A DNA stretch of 63,130 nt, counting the filler, from Folioceros fuciformis (lineage: Eukaryota), in assembly GCA_049999805.1 (NCBI GenBank). It is 20 parts of 20 records of this genome, joined end to end, with 100 filler letters (N's around TTAATTAATTAA, not from the genome) between each part and the next. Parts side by side here need not be neighbours in the genome. Positions count along the whole stretch, not along the records: positions 20,644 to 26,279 come from JBNGIO010000701.1; positions 26,380 to 27,467 come from JBNGIO010000702.1; positions 27,568 to 28,821 come from JBNGIO010000703.1; positions 28,922 to 30,500 come from JBNGIO010000704.1; positions 30,601 to 32,038 come from JBNGIO010000705.1; positions 32,139 to 35,596 come from JBNGIO010000706.1; 14 more parts are not named here. One strand, given 5' to 3'. The translations under genes and the position numbers were made by a program. The notes under the pieces are model-generated. The model did not search any database and was not told the DNA's origin. It saw nothing but the letters and a program-made list of their open reading frames with translations. Shown in pieces: positions 22,364 to 34,022 of this stretch (the first letter of the stretch is position 1; each line of letters opens with the position of its first letter).

Positions 22364-25300
22364 ATGGCTGGGCAATAGCCTCAAACCCCTGTTGCCTTGG
22401 CGAAGGAAGACAAGTTTGATGGGGAAAATTTTAACCTCTGGAAGTTCCGTATGGAAGAATTGCTGAAGTCGAAAAATTTGTGGGAATATGTTGGTGCAGC
22501 TGTTGTGAAACTTGAACCACCAAACACTGCACCACCTGATGAGATTGCAGCATGGAAGACTGCAAATCAACAGGCAAGGAGTTCATTAACTATGAGTGTC
22601 AAGAGCTTGCACATAGCCACACTCATGGGCTCTATTACATCAGCGGCGGCACTCTGGCAACAACTACTCGAAGTATATGATGCTTCATACTTGATGCTAA
22701 AGACTCACACGCTCAAGTCTTTCGTATGCCAGAAGATGTCAGAAACCGACAGAGTTGCTGAATATGTTCTCACCTAGAGAAGTTGGTAAACCAAATTTCT
22801 GGCACTCGGCTTCCAACTCGACGAAGAAATAATGGCTGTCATCCTCCTATCACAACTGCCAGAAAGTTGGACCAATGTTATCCAATCCCTGCAGAATGTA
22901 GCGCAGATCACGGTAAACAGTGTCATCTCACCTATGCTCACTGAGGAAGATTGCCGAACTATGGCAACGTCCTCAACATCTGCAAGAGATAAGGCCTTGT
23001 TCATCAATAAACTTGGACGAGGCAGAGGCAGGGCTTTTGTCAAAGGAAGAGGCCGAGGACGTGGTATTTCATTCAGACCACAGCCTTTTAATGCTGGAAA
23101 GAGCAAGCCACCATGCGGCTATTGCGGAATTCCCAATCACACATGGGAAGTCTATGGAAAGAGACTGGCTAATTAGTCAGGAGGTAGCCACACAAGTGGT
23201 AATTTAGCAGTTGCTATGAAGAAGTATTCTAAGGCTTTTGCAGCCACCGTAGAAGAGGTTGCAAATCTACCGCATCATGCAACCAGTATCTCAGCATTGG
23301 TGATTACCTGTTACGCATCCCAGGCTGACCAGGTGTGGTACATAGATTCAGGAGCGTTTCAGCACATGACGCTAAATCATGCCTACTTCACAAATCTTGA
23401 ACCAATAAATGCTGAGAGGTTTGTTTGCCTGGGGAACAATACTAAGCACAAAATCGAAGGTCAAGGAACAATCCAGCTTGATCTCGAGCCTGATCAGCAC
23501 CTTGAAATTCCAGAGGTGCTCTACGTACCAGGATTAGCTAAAAACCTGGTATCCGTGCGAAAAATAGATCAGTCAGGTTGCTACATTTGCTTCGGCGGAG
23601 GCAAGTGCATAGTGGAGATGCCGGAAGGGAAGCTCATGGCTACTGGAGGACTCAAATCCGATGATTTATATCATCTGAACATCAAGCATGTTCAAGCCAA
23701 TGCAGCTGTGCACCCTGCACACATGGCAAAGCCATCGTTAACATATCTATGGCATTTGAGACTTGGCCATCTGAACTTCCAAAAGCTAGTACGCATGTAT
23801 AAAAATCAGCTGGTGAAGGGACTAAAGTTGGATATCTTATCTGACTTTGGTATTTGCAATGCGTGCGTTGTTGGGAAGCACCACCGAGCACCCTTTCCAT
23901 CAGAACCAGCTAAGAGAGCTACAAAACTGCTTGAGTTGGTGCACAGCGATGTATGTGGACCACTAGCTGCGTCACTAGGAGGCAAGACCTATTTTTTGTC
24001 ATTTATCGATGACTATTCGAGGTTCACTGTGATCTATCTCCTCAAAAGCAAGTCTGAAACCCTGTCCTGCTTTATGGAGTACAAAGTATGGGCAGAAAAC
24101 GAAATTGAGCACAGACTCAAGGCATTGTGTTCTGACAATGGCGGAGAGTATGTATCTACTGAGTTTCAGGCGTTTACCTTTGCAAATGGCATATCAAGGC
24201 AGCTGACAAATGCACACACTCCACAACAAAATGGTGTCGCCGAGAATAAGAACAAATCCCTGGAGACAATAGCTTCTAGTATGCTAACATACGCCAACCT
24301 TCCGAAGTGCTACTGGGCAGAAGTAGTAGCATATGCCACATTCATACAAAATCGGATAGAACATGCAGCTGTCCAGAATAAGACCCCCTACGAGCTTTGG
24401 AATGGAGAAAAGCCTGATGTTTCGCACATGAGGGTCTTCAGATCACTTGTTTATGTGCACGTTCATAAGGATCTTAGGCAGAAGTTTGACCCTAAGTCAA
24501 CATCTTGCATCTTTCTAGGCTTTACAGATGGTATCAAAGGATACAAAGTCATTGACAAGTGTGCCAGGCGGGTGACACATTCTCGGGATGTCATTTTTGT
24601 CGAAGGAGTGGAATCACTTGATTCAGTGGGAGCTGCCTCCCGGGACACACCTGAAGCATCCGATGATGAAGGGCAAGAAGTAGTGTCCTTAAATCCAACA
24701 GCTACTATACCACAAGTTACCGTACCACTAGCTAATCCTCCAGCTGGTGTACAAGGGCAGCAAGTTCCAGTTACGCCAATCACTCAACCTCCAAGTAGGC
24801 CCACCAGTAGTGCTGAAACAGAACCTATTATTCTTGGGGACTTTGACATAGAGGGAGTAGTGTCTCCTGGAGACTTGTTCTCTACACCCTCACATTATCA
24901 GCACGTGCCAACATCTGGAGTTGTGCAACGCAAGAAGAAGGTTGTCTCAGTACCTGTACAGCCAAGTCCAAGACCTATTAGGTCAACTACCGGGAAAATT
25001 GACTTGTACAAAGTTCATGATTGGTGGCATGGCAAGGGCTCAAACCACTCAAAGTCTAATCTGACTTACTGTTTGGCTGATGCAATTGAGCACTTTGAGC
25101 CTCAATCGTATGAGCAGGCATTGGCCTGTCCAGATGCTGAACATTGGAGGAAGGTAATCGCCTCCGAGCTGAATTCATTGAAGGAGAATGAAACGTGGGA
25201 ACTCACTCAGTTGCCACCTGGACGGAAGCTTGTTGGCAGTAAATCGGTGTTTAAGGTCAAATTGAAGGCTGATGGCAACATAGAACGTTACAAAGGCAAA

Positions 25301-25370
25301 GTAGTGGCAAAGGGCTACTCACAAGTTGCAGGGGTTGACTATACGGACACCTTCAGTCCTGTAGTAAAGA
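22364..25370 (+). mobile_element. Copia gag-PR-INT-partial RT, decayed and truncated by an insertion
   Basis: KFDGENFNLWKFRME, CGYCGIPNH, WYIDSGAFQH, LWHLRLGH, SDNGGEY, YTDTFSPVVK. Confidence 0.95.
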
Positions 25371-25998
25371 TGTAAAGAAAAGTACAGCAGGAGAAGAGAG
25401 CATAAACAAAAATATTGAAATATGCATAAGTTAATAATATAAAGAGTTGTGTAATGTATATAAGCCTATCCTCTAGGCTAAGCACCCCTTGACTTAATAA
25501 CCTAAATATAATTAACTGAGAGGTTAATGTAAATCAATCTAGGTGAAACCCTAAGCGAGGGAGGTTACCCCGTAACACCCTCCCTTAAGCGAGCGAGCTT
25601 AGGGACTGAGCACGGGGACCTCGTGTGAAGGTGGCGCTTGTGCGGGACGATCACAAGGGAGAGGCAGGCGCGGGGGCACTCATCGATGCAAGGACGTGAG
25701 CTGGCCAGATGGAGTCAACTATAAATCGGGCGACAGCATATGCAAGATTCCTAGCAGCCAGCTTTCTGTGCGTCCAAGTGACGAGGGCCATACTGCTGTG
25801 CACAATGATGCCCGAGGAGCATCCTGAGGAGCGTCCAACCAAGCGGAGTAGAGACGCCAATAGGGCGGGGAAGAAACGCCCTACTAAGCGTCCAACTGTG
25901 GAAGAAGAGTGGGATGAAACCCACGCAGCGGGAACCAGCCTGAGGATTGGGGGCTGGAGAGTCGTATTCAATATGTCAATGTGCTGGAAGAAGCCCGG
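25371..25998 (-). mobile_element. Nested element 3' end: 207-bp LTR (25577-25371), PPT (25578-25588), and a 3' region with an antisense ORF from 25709
   Basis: On the minus strand TTAAGGGAGGG is followed by TGTTAC...TTTACA. It interrupts the host RT right after FSPVVK. Confidence 0.8.
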
Positions 25999-26279
25999 TG
26001 TGGAGGCAAAACCCCGGGCACCGATTGCCAACGGGTTCCACCTTTAGTGGCCACACTTATCCCACTGTCGTTGAGACATTGGGTTTCGTTCCCACGAAGG
26101 AGCGATGGGGTTCCTTGCTGCTATGGATGGAGGGTCGGACTTGATCAACTCGATGATGGATTCGAGGGCTCCCCTCCAGCTCCGATCAGGCGTAGGACAG
26201 GCCTCGCTGTCCGGCGGTCAGCTGCACCTCTTTCGGTGCCCACAAACTCACTCCAGCCACTACAACGACTCTAACCTCT
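25999..26279 (-). mobile_element. 3' end of the high-copy long LTR
   Basis: Same sequence as 12760-13023. Confidence 0.9.
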
Positions 26280-26379
26280 NNNNNNNNNNNNNNNNNNNNN
26301 NNNNNNNNNNNNNNNNNNNNNNNTTAATTAATTAANNNNNNNNNNNNNNNNNNNNNNNNNNNNNNNNNNNNNNNNNNNN

Positions 26380-27467
26380 GGAAGGAGCCAAAGCTTGAAG
26401 CTCATGTTGCTGAAAGAGGCAACAAATCTTCCAGTTCTCGCAGTGCCCCAAAGAGCAGCTCAACGGTGTTGACTGTTTGCTTGACTTCAACAAGAGAGCA
26501 TCCCTCTCTTTGGTTCATTGACTCAGGGGCGACTTCACATGTGTGTAATAATCGTCACCTGTTTACTACCTTCACTAGGCAATCATCTCCACAGTCAGTG
26601 TATGTGGGAGATTCACGTGCTGTGAAGGTACTTGGGAGTGGAACAGTAAGTGTACTTGTTTCCAGTGAATTCACTCTTGAATTGCTGGATGTACTTTATG
26701 TTCCTAATATGTCAAAGAACCTATTGTCAATTAGAGCACTTACACAAATGTCAGAATTTGCTTTTCGCTTTGAGAAGGACTCTTGTTGCTTATATAGCAT
26801 AACACAACCTAGTGTGTGTTTAGCTAGAGGGTTACTTAAAAATGATCTCTATCAGCTTTCTATGGGAGATCATAGTCAAGCTGTGAATGTTACTACATCT
26901 AAGTCTCTAGCAAACCTATGGCATGCTAGACTTGGGCATGTAAATAAGGTCAAGCTAGACCTAATGTCCACAGGTGACTACTATAAAGAAAAGTTACCCT
27001 CATGTTTTAAGCATCTTCCAGTTTGCAAGTCATGTGTCCTTTCTAAACAAAAGGAACTGCCTTTTAAGAACAAAAAGGCCACAAGAGCTGAAGGTGTTCT
27101 AAGATTGATACACATGGACATTGTTGGAAAGATACAGGTACCTTCTCTAGGAGGAGCTGAGTACTATTTAACCTTGACTGATGACTTCAGTAGGTACACT
27201 TGGACTTTTCCTCTCAAGCTGAAAAGTGATGCCTTTGATAAGATATCATCTTGGATACCTATGGTGCAAAGGCTGACAGGAAAGTTAATTAAGTGTATGA
27301 GGTCAGATAATGGAGGAGAATTTGCAGGTTACAAGTATGATTCATTATTTGATCAGTTTGGAATAACAAGGTAGTTGTCTATACCATATACACAACAGCA
27401 AAATGGCGTGGCAGAACGTAAGAACCAAACACTTATGGGAATGACTAGAAGCATGCTTTCATGGGCA
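26380..27467 (+). mobile_element. Copia PR-INT fragment, family of 5993-9835
   Basis: WFIDSGATSH, LWHARLGH, SDNGGEF; stop at 27372. Confidence 0.95.
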
Positions 27468-27567
27468 NNNNNNNNNNNNNNNNNNNNNNNNNNNNNNNNN
27501 NNNNNNNNNNNTTAATTAATTAANNNNNNNNNNNNNNNNNNNNNNNNNNNNNNNNNNNNNNNNNNNN

Positions 27568-27853
27568 TTTTGGTGTGCTATAAATGCCTAAAGATACTTG
27601 GTTATCTATGCTTGTTGGGATTTTGGTGTGCTATAAATGCCTAAAGATACTTGGTTATCTATGCTTGCTGGGATATTGGTGTGCTATAAATGCCTAAAGA
27701 TACTTGGTTATCTATGCTTGCTGGGATATTGGTGTGCTATAAATGCCTAAAGATACTTGGTTATCTATGCTTGCTGGGATATTGGTGTGCTATAAATGCC
27801 TAAAGATACTTGGTTATCTATGCTTGCTGGGATATTGGTGTGTTATAAATGCC
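27568..27853. repeat. 53-bp tandem repeat, about 5.4 copies
   Basis: Unit TTGGTGTGCTATAAATGCCTAAAGATACTTGGTTATCTATGCTTGCTGGGATA. Confidence 0.95.
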
Positions 27854-28055
27854 AGGTGACATTAATGCGTTGCATTGTGGTGGCAACTCTAGGTTAACGC
27901 TACTACTATGTCCTAGCCAGTCAAGTCAGGTAACTGTCTCTTTGTAACTTGTTGTAGTAACTCCATTCTAGTTTTTGCTCTATGTGAGTAACCTTGATAC
28001 CACTAGTGTGTCCTACCAAGTCAAGTGTGGAGTGAAATTCTATGTCCGGAGACAC

Positions 28056-28240
28056 AATGAGGCCCACATTCATCCTCTATGTTGTTACAGTCCTATGATT
28101 CGTTTCGTTTCCTTGTAGGGACAAAAATGAGGCCCACATTCATCCTCTATGTTGTCATAGTCCTACGATTCGTTTCCTTGCATAGACAAAAATGAGGCCC
28201 ACATTCATCCTTTATGTTGTTATAGTCTTAGGATTCGATC
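28056..28240. repeat. ~65-70-bp tandem repeat, 3 copies
   Basis: AATGAGGCCCACATTCATCCT recurs at ~28056, ~28126 and ~28191. Confidence 0.85.
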
Positions 28241-28725
28241 CAAAGGAATGGCTCGTGTCAAGTTGTTCTAAAGTTACGACTTCTAGGCTCTCTACTGTTT
28301 GTTCCTACCCAGACATACCCCACCACCATACCTAAGTCCACCACAGTAGGGAGTTCTACAACAACGCGGTAGTGGATTCACCCACCCGTTCGGCGCACGC
28401 AGTGTCTGAAGGATGCGGGGTTTCTGGCCACACTCGTGAAGGAGTTATGGCCTGTACAGGCTGATTCTCATGCACACCAAGCCATGCTCATGTTATTTTA
28501 CATCTAGATCTTGTTGGTAGTTGCAGATTAGGCCACCCACACCGCGGCGCTTCACTGCATCACTAATTCTCCATGCAATCTACCTCTAATCTCCTTTAGT
28601 GCTTCACAATCTCAGACACTCACACTTCTTACACACCAAATCTCTACTCAATTTGTCATTAATCTTCCTCAGCACTTCACAATTCCAGACACTTACACTT
28701 CACCTGCACCAAATTGTCATTCAAT

Positions 28726-28821
28726 CCTCCTCCTTGAGCCGCACAGACTCCTCCTCGAGCCACACAGACTCCTCCTTGAGCCACACAGGCCTCTCCTTGA
28801 GATACACAGTCCCCTCCTAGG
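28726..28821. repeat. 21-bp tandem repeat, about 4 copies
   Basis: CTCCTCCTTGAGCCACACAGA units. Confidence 0.8.
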
Positions 28822-28921
28822 NNNNNNNNNNNNNNNNNNNNNNNNNNNNNNNNNNNNNNNNNNNNTTAATTAATTAANNNNNNNNNNNNNNNNNNNNNNN
28901 NNNNNNNNNNNNNNNNNNNNN

Positions 28922-30150
28922 ACAAACAAAGCCAATCTCGACAAGAGTACCATCAATATCAACATACCACTTCAAAGGAGATTGCTTGAGTCCATAAATA
29001 CACCTTAAGAGTCTACAAACTAAGTCCTTTGTTTTAGGATCTATAAACCCTTCAATTTGTTCCATGTAAATCAGCTCCTCTAATTTACCATGTAGAAAAG
29101 CAGTTGTAACATCCATTTGTTGTAAGTCTAAATCTAACTCAACTGCAAAGGCTAACAGGTATCTTATAGTCTGCAACTTAACTACAGGTGAAAATGTCTC
29201 ATGATAATCAACACTCGGAACTTGGCTATATCCCTTAGCACACAAACGTGCCTTGTAACGTTGTACACTACCATCTCTTTCAATTTAATACGAAACACCC
29301 ACTTACATTGTATAGGCTTTCTTCCATAAGGAAGCTTAACTAATTCCCAAGTATTATCTTCTATTAAACTATTATACTTGGACATAATAGCTGCCTCCCG
29401 CTTCTCCTTATCAGGTCCTGACAAAGCCTCTTGACGTGTAGCAAGTTCAATCAGATTTGTGGCTGCTATGTAAGCTTGGACTAAAGAGGCATGTCCATAA
29501 GTTAAAGTGTTAAAGTCTAAATTAAGTTCATTTTCCGAATTTGGTAAAGGCCCAACTAAAGAATTATTATTTTGAGTGTTTGAAATGGGTGGTGCAAAAA
29601 CGGGAGCCGAAATGGGCTCTGAGGATGCAGCTTGGGGCGCTGATTCTGTGTGCAAGGAGGGGGTCTCGTGACCAAATGTGCACCCAGGTGCAGCATGCGA
29701 GGAGGAGCTTCCCTCCCTAGGTGTTGTGTGCGCACCTTCAAGGTGATACGGCTTAAGCCAAGCTAGTGGTCTACGCGTCCTTGTGGATCAACGCGCGACA
29801 GGCACTGCAGGCGCGTCAGGAGGATGATGCTCATGCATCTGACCAGCACTTGAATTCCCTGATGTACTGGCCAGATTGTGAGGATCAGGCCGCTGCGGAT
29901 GTGTGGGATTAAGTGCTGCAAGTGCAGGGGCGGATTGTAGGCGCTCAGGTGCTGGTTGAAGAGGGGCTGCTGGCTGGGAGGTCTGGGGATCTGAGGAGGG
30001 TGCAGGCTGTGCATGTGGAGTGAGTACCTGAATGGGCGCTAGCCCTTGTGCAATGTGTGTAGGCTGTGCGCTTCCAGAATCCTCGGACTCCCACTTAGAC
30101 AGGTGCTGGTCATCATCGCTCCCACTCACATATGCAAGGTCAGAATCCAA
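28922..30150 (-). mobile_element. Copia INT-RT linker and RT fragment
   Basis: NTWELVKLPYGRKPIQCKWVF, YHETFSPVVK, QMDVTTAFLHG, IYGLKQS. Confidence 0.9.
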
Positions 30151-30282
30151 AGGAATTGCAAACTTGCCTGGATCTTGACGTGGATCGAGCTAGCATCACG
30201 CACGTATGCAGATCGCATAAGAGTATATTCGATATTGCACGGGAACGTGCTGGTGGCTTACACGCGGCTTGTCCATGTCGCT

Positions 30283-30416
30283 TGACATCTCGGTAGTTAG
30301 AAAAACAAATAACCGTCCTAGCACGTAACCCTAACTACTTCTAGGTATAGACAATTATATATATATATAGTTTTAGGTTTAGGGTGAAACGAAACACTAC
30401 GCTGTCACCCCCACTT
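30283..30416 (-). mobile_element. Putative very short LTR (125 bp, 30407-30283) with PPT
   Basis: On the minus strand AAGTGGGGG is followed by TGACA...TGTCA (5-bp terminal inverted repeat), with an internal (TA)n TATA. Confidence 0.55.
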
Positions 30417-31297
30417 GAGTTTCACGACTGAAAAAAAAACTTTGCACTCGACAACATGACTCTGCTGACCTACTTTCTCTCAATCTGCACGCTGCTGCTG
30501 NNNNNNNNNNNNNNNNNNNNNNNNNNNNNNNNNNNNNNNNNNNNTTAATTAATTAANNNNNNNNNNNNNNNNNNNNNNNNNNNNNNNNNNNNNNNNNNNN
30601 AAGGTGTAAAAGCCCTGCCCTACCCACAATTGCTGAAGGTAAAGCATTAGAAGGGGAAGCGCCATCGTCACCCAAGCGCAAGGGAGGACATCCAAGAGAT
30701 CCAAGTGCAAGCATCCACCATTAGAGACCATGGAAGCCCAGCAGGAGCTTAGGGCAAGTCGGCCTCGATCCAGGGAGCGATCAGCTAGTGCTGACAGTAG
30801 CCGAAGGACACTTAGGTCGCCTCCTCATAGCAGAGCAACAGAGCACAGTGCCTACCTACCAGGACAACCGAAGCATACCCCTGAGCCTACTCAGGTATAT
30901 CACATTTGTAGGCATTCAGCAGGTGTTGTGAATTCCAGGGTCACAACCACGAATAGCAGATTTCATCCTACACAGCAACCATGGAGAAGGCCTCGCTCAA
31001 GCGGTGTGGAGGTGCTGGAGGTTGTGCCCTCCAGTGTGTGCTATGAGTGTCTCCAATTCAAGCACGTTTCTCAAGGCAGGATGGGACCCTAGTTTGTGGA
31101 TGATGAGAGCGCGGGCAAGTGGAGTCTTTTTTATTCACGCAAGTATGACCCAAAACGAGGTATTCCACCTGCAAGTTATGATGAACTTCACACCTCCTTG
31201 TTGTATGTTGAGGAGCATCATGAAAGTTGTAGGGTGGAGTATTATCTCAATGAACACAGGGATTTGTTTGAACTCCAGCGCCGGGGTTATAAGCGGT

Positions 31298-32038
31298 TGT
31301 GAACCTCCAAAGTTTGGGGTAGTGGTTTGTTTTGGTTGAAAAAGGGTTAATAGCGGTATGGTTTGGTTTTCTTTTTCTACTTATTTTCCCTAATTTTCCT
31401 TGATTTTTTGGTCATTTTTCCTATTTTTCTTTGAGCTAATTAGGTTAATTGACCAGGAAATAGTTGGTTTGGTTATAAGAGTGGGTATAGGTTTGGTTCC
31501 AGACCTGGGAAAGTTTAGGTCCGGTACCGGGCCATAGGGTTATTAAAGCCCAATGTGCTTAGGCTAATGTGATTAGTTTAATTAGGCTAATGTAATTAGT
31601 TTAATTAGGCTAATGTAATTAGTCTAAGATTAGTGTCTAATTAAGTATCATTAGTTTAGATTAGCTTAAGCTAATTTTTAGGAAGCTTCCTGCATAGCTT
31701 CCTGTGAGCTTCTTGTGAAGCTTCCTGTGATCTTCTTGTGAAGCTTCCTTGGGAGCTTTTCTAGAGGGTATAAATACCCTCTTGAGCTTCCTTTTCAAGA
31801 GAGATGAGAGAGATGGGAGAGAGCTGTGAGAGACATTGTGACCTCTCTTTCTCCTCTTCTCCTCTCTTCCTCTCCTCTCCTCTTCTCCTTCATCATGTGG
31901 CTCCCTTTCTGATCCTTCAAGGATCACAAGGTGTAATGACCAGGGTGAAGGGGTTTGCCCCTAGCTCTTGATTGTAAAGGATGTGTCTTTCTCTTGACCT
32001 GTCCACTCTTGTTCCCTGTTTGGACAAGTGCTGTAGGC
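31298..32038 (+). mobile_element. High-copy long LTR, subtype A, 5' part
   Basis: TGTGAACC start; TATAAATA near 31768; the core matches the 290-bp copia LTR. Confidence 0.9.
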
Positions 32039-32138
32039 NNNNNNNNNNNNNNNNNNNNNNNNNNNNNNNNNNNNNNNNNNNNTTAATTAATTAANNNNNN
32101 NNNNNNNNNNNNNNNNNNNNNNNNNNNNNNNNNNNNNN

Positions 32139-33252
32139 TTGAGACATTGGGTTTCGTTCCCACGAAGGAGCGATGGGGTTCCTTGTTGCTGTGGATGGAG
32201 GGTCAGACTCAATCGACTCAATGATGGATTCAAGGGCTCCCCTCCGGCTCCGATCAGGCGTAGGACAGGCCTCGTTGTCCAGCAGTCAGCTACACCTCTC
32301 TTGGTGCCCACAAACTCACTCCAGTCACTACAACGACCCTAACCTCTCAGATCTGCGACTTCCCTCACTTACTTCACTCGCTTTCTCACTCTAGCACCAG
32401 CACCAACAACTAACAACGACACAACTACCTTCTACACTTCCCTATTGACTCCTCCTACCCGGCAAGAGTCACTAGACTAACCCCAAAGAAGAGAAAGAAG
32501 GGAACACACTCCCCCCACACCCCTCGGATATCTCCTCCCCACAACCTTACCAGACGCCATGAAACATGGCCGGCCTTCAGCAGTTGTCCAAATAGGAAAC
32601 AAGAGTGGACAGGTCGAGAGAAAGACACATCCTTTACAATGAAGAGCTAGGGGCAAGCCCCTTCACCCTGGTCATTACACCTTGTGATCCTTGAAGGATC
32701 GGAAGGGAGCCACATTATGAAGGAGAAGAGGAGGGGAGAGGAGAGGAAGAGAGGAGGAGAGGAGAAAGAGAGGTCTCACAATGTCTCTCACAGCTCTCTC
32801 TCATCTCTCTTGCAAAGGGAGCTCAAGAGGGTATTTATACCCTCTAGAAAAGCTCCCAAAGAAGCTTCACAAGAAGCTATGCAGGAAGCTTCCTAAAAAT
32901 TAGCTTAAGCTAATCTAAACTAATGATACTTAATTAGATACTAATATTAGACTAACCACATTAGTTTAATTAGACTAATCGCATTAGTTTAATTATATTG
33001 GGCTTTAATAACCCTATGGCCCGGTACCGGACCTAAACTTTCCCAGGTCTGGGACTAAACCTATACCCACTCTAATAACCAAACCAACTATTTCCTGGTC
33101 AATTAACCAATTAGCACAAAGAAAAATAGGAAAAATGACCAGAAAATAAAGGAAAATTAGGAAAAAGAAGTAGAAAAAGAAAACCAAACCATACCACTAT
33201 TAACCCTTTTTCAACCAAAACAAACCACTACCTCAAACTTTGGAGGTTCACA
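32139..33252 (-). mobile_element. High-copy long LTR, subtype A, nearly complete, preceded by a PPT
   Basis: On the minus strand GAGAAGGGGGGGA is followed by TGTGAACC at 33252. It links the 5' and 3' fragments seen elsewhere into one LTR of ~1.2 kb. Confidence 0.9.
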
Positions 33253-33298
33253 TCCCCCCCTTCTCAACTATTTGCGTTCTCGCAAACAACTAACCCTC

Positions 33299-33934
33299 TC
33301 ATGGTTGATAATACTTCTTGACTTGCCAACCATTGACCCTGCCTTTGCCAGTCGCTGCCTTTGCCAGTTTTGAAGTTTGAAGATGTGAAGCATTGAAGGA
33401 TGTCACAAAATGTGACCATGATTCTGGGAGAGACAGTAAGAGGTATAAGGTTAACATGTCTTCTTTGACACTCTCCTTTGAGGCACTCTCCAGTTTGGAG
33501 ACAAGTGTCATGAAATGACCAAGGTGCTTCTCTACTGATTCTCCATCTTTCATCTTGCAATTCTGTGAATTTCGCAAGGCTGTCAACTAACTCATTGTGT
33601 TGCTACTTGAATACAGGTCCTGAAGTCGTGTCCAGATTTCTGCTAAGGTTTTACATCCGGATGTCTGCCTCAGCATATCTAAGGTTAAACCACTCCGGAC
33701 GAAGAACATGGCAGCTTCATCTTTTGCCACCCATTCGTCATGTTTCAACTTTTCAGCAGTGGTAGTTGTGGTGGTAGTAGTTGGGAAGTCTTCATCACAA
33801 ACAACTATCTTCCAAAGCTTCTTATTTTGTAAAGCTCCACGCATTCTGATTACCCATATGTCGTAATCATACCCACCAAATCTGTCCTTTTCTCTAAACC
33901 CTTCCCCACCATAGCTAGATGAGGGATCAGCCAT
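33299..33934 (-). mobile_element. Copia gag, decayed and truncated
   Basis: YGGEGFREKDRFGGYDYDIWVIRMRGAL...KMKDGESVEKHL...LLLSLPESWSHFV (UBN2-type gag). Confidence 0.85.
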
Positions 33935-34022
33935 TTTTCTTCTTTAGTATTTTGAGTTAGCTACTCCCAAAACACTAAGATACTAAAAATGACTGACCTT
34001 TGTAGGTTTGTTTATCTGGACC

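Noticed and set aside
32139-33252. Retrozyme (hammerhead ribozyme in the LTR)
   Set aside because: By eye I found no CTGANGA...GAAA core with flanking stems; an Infernal search would be decisive.
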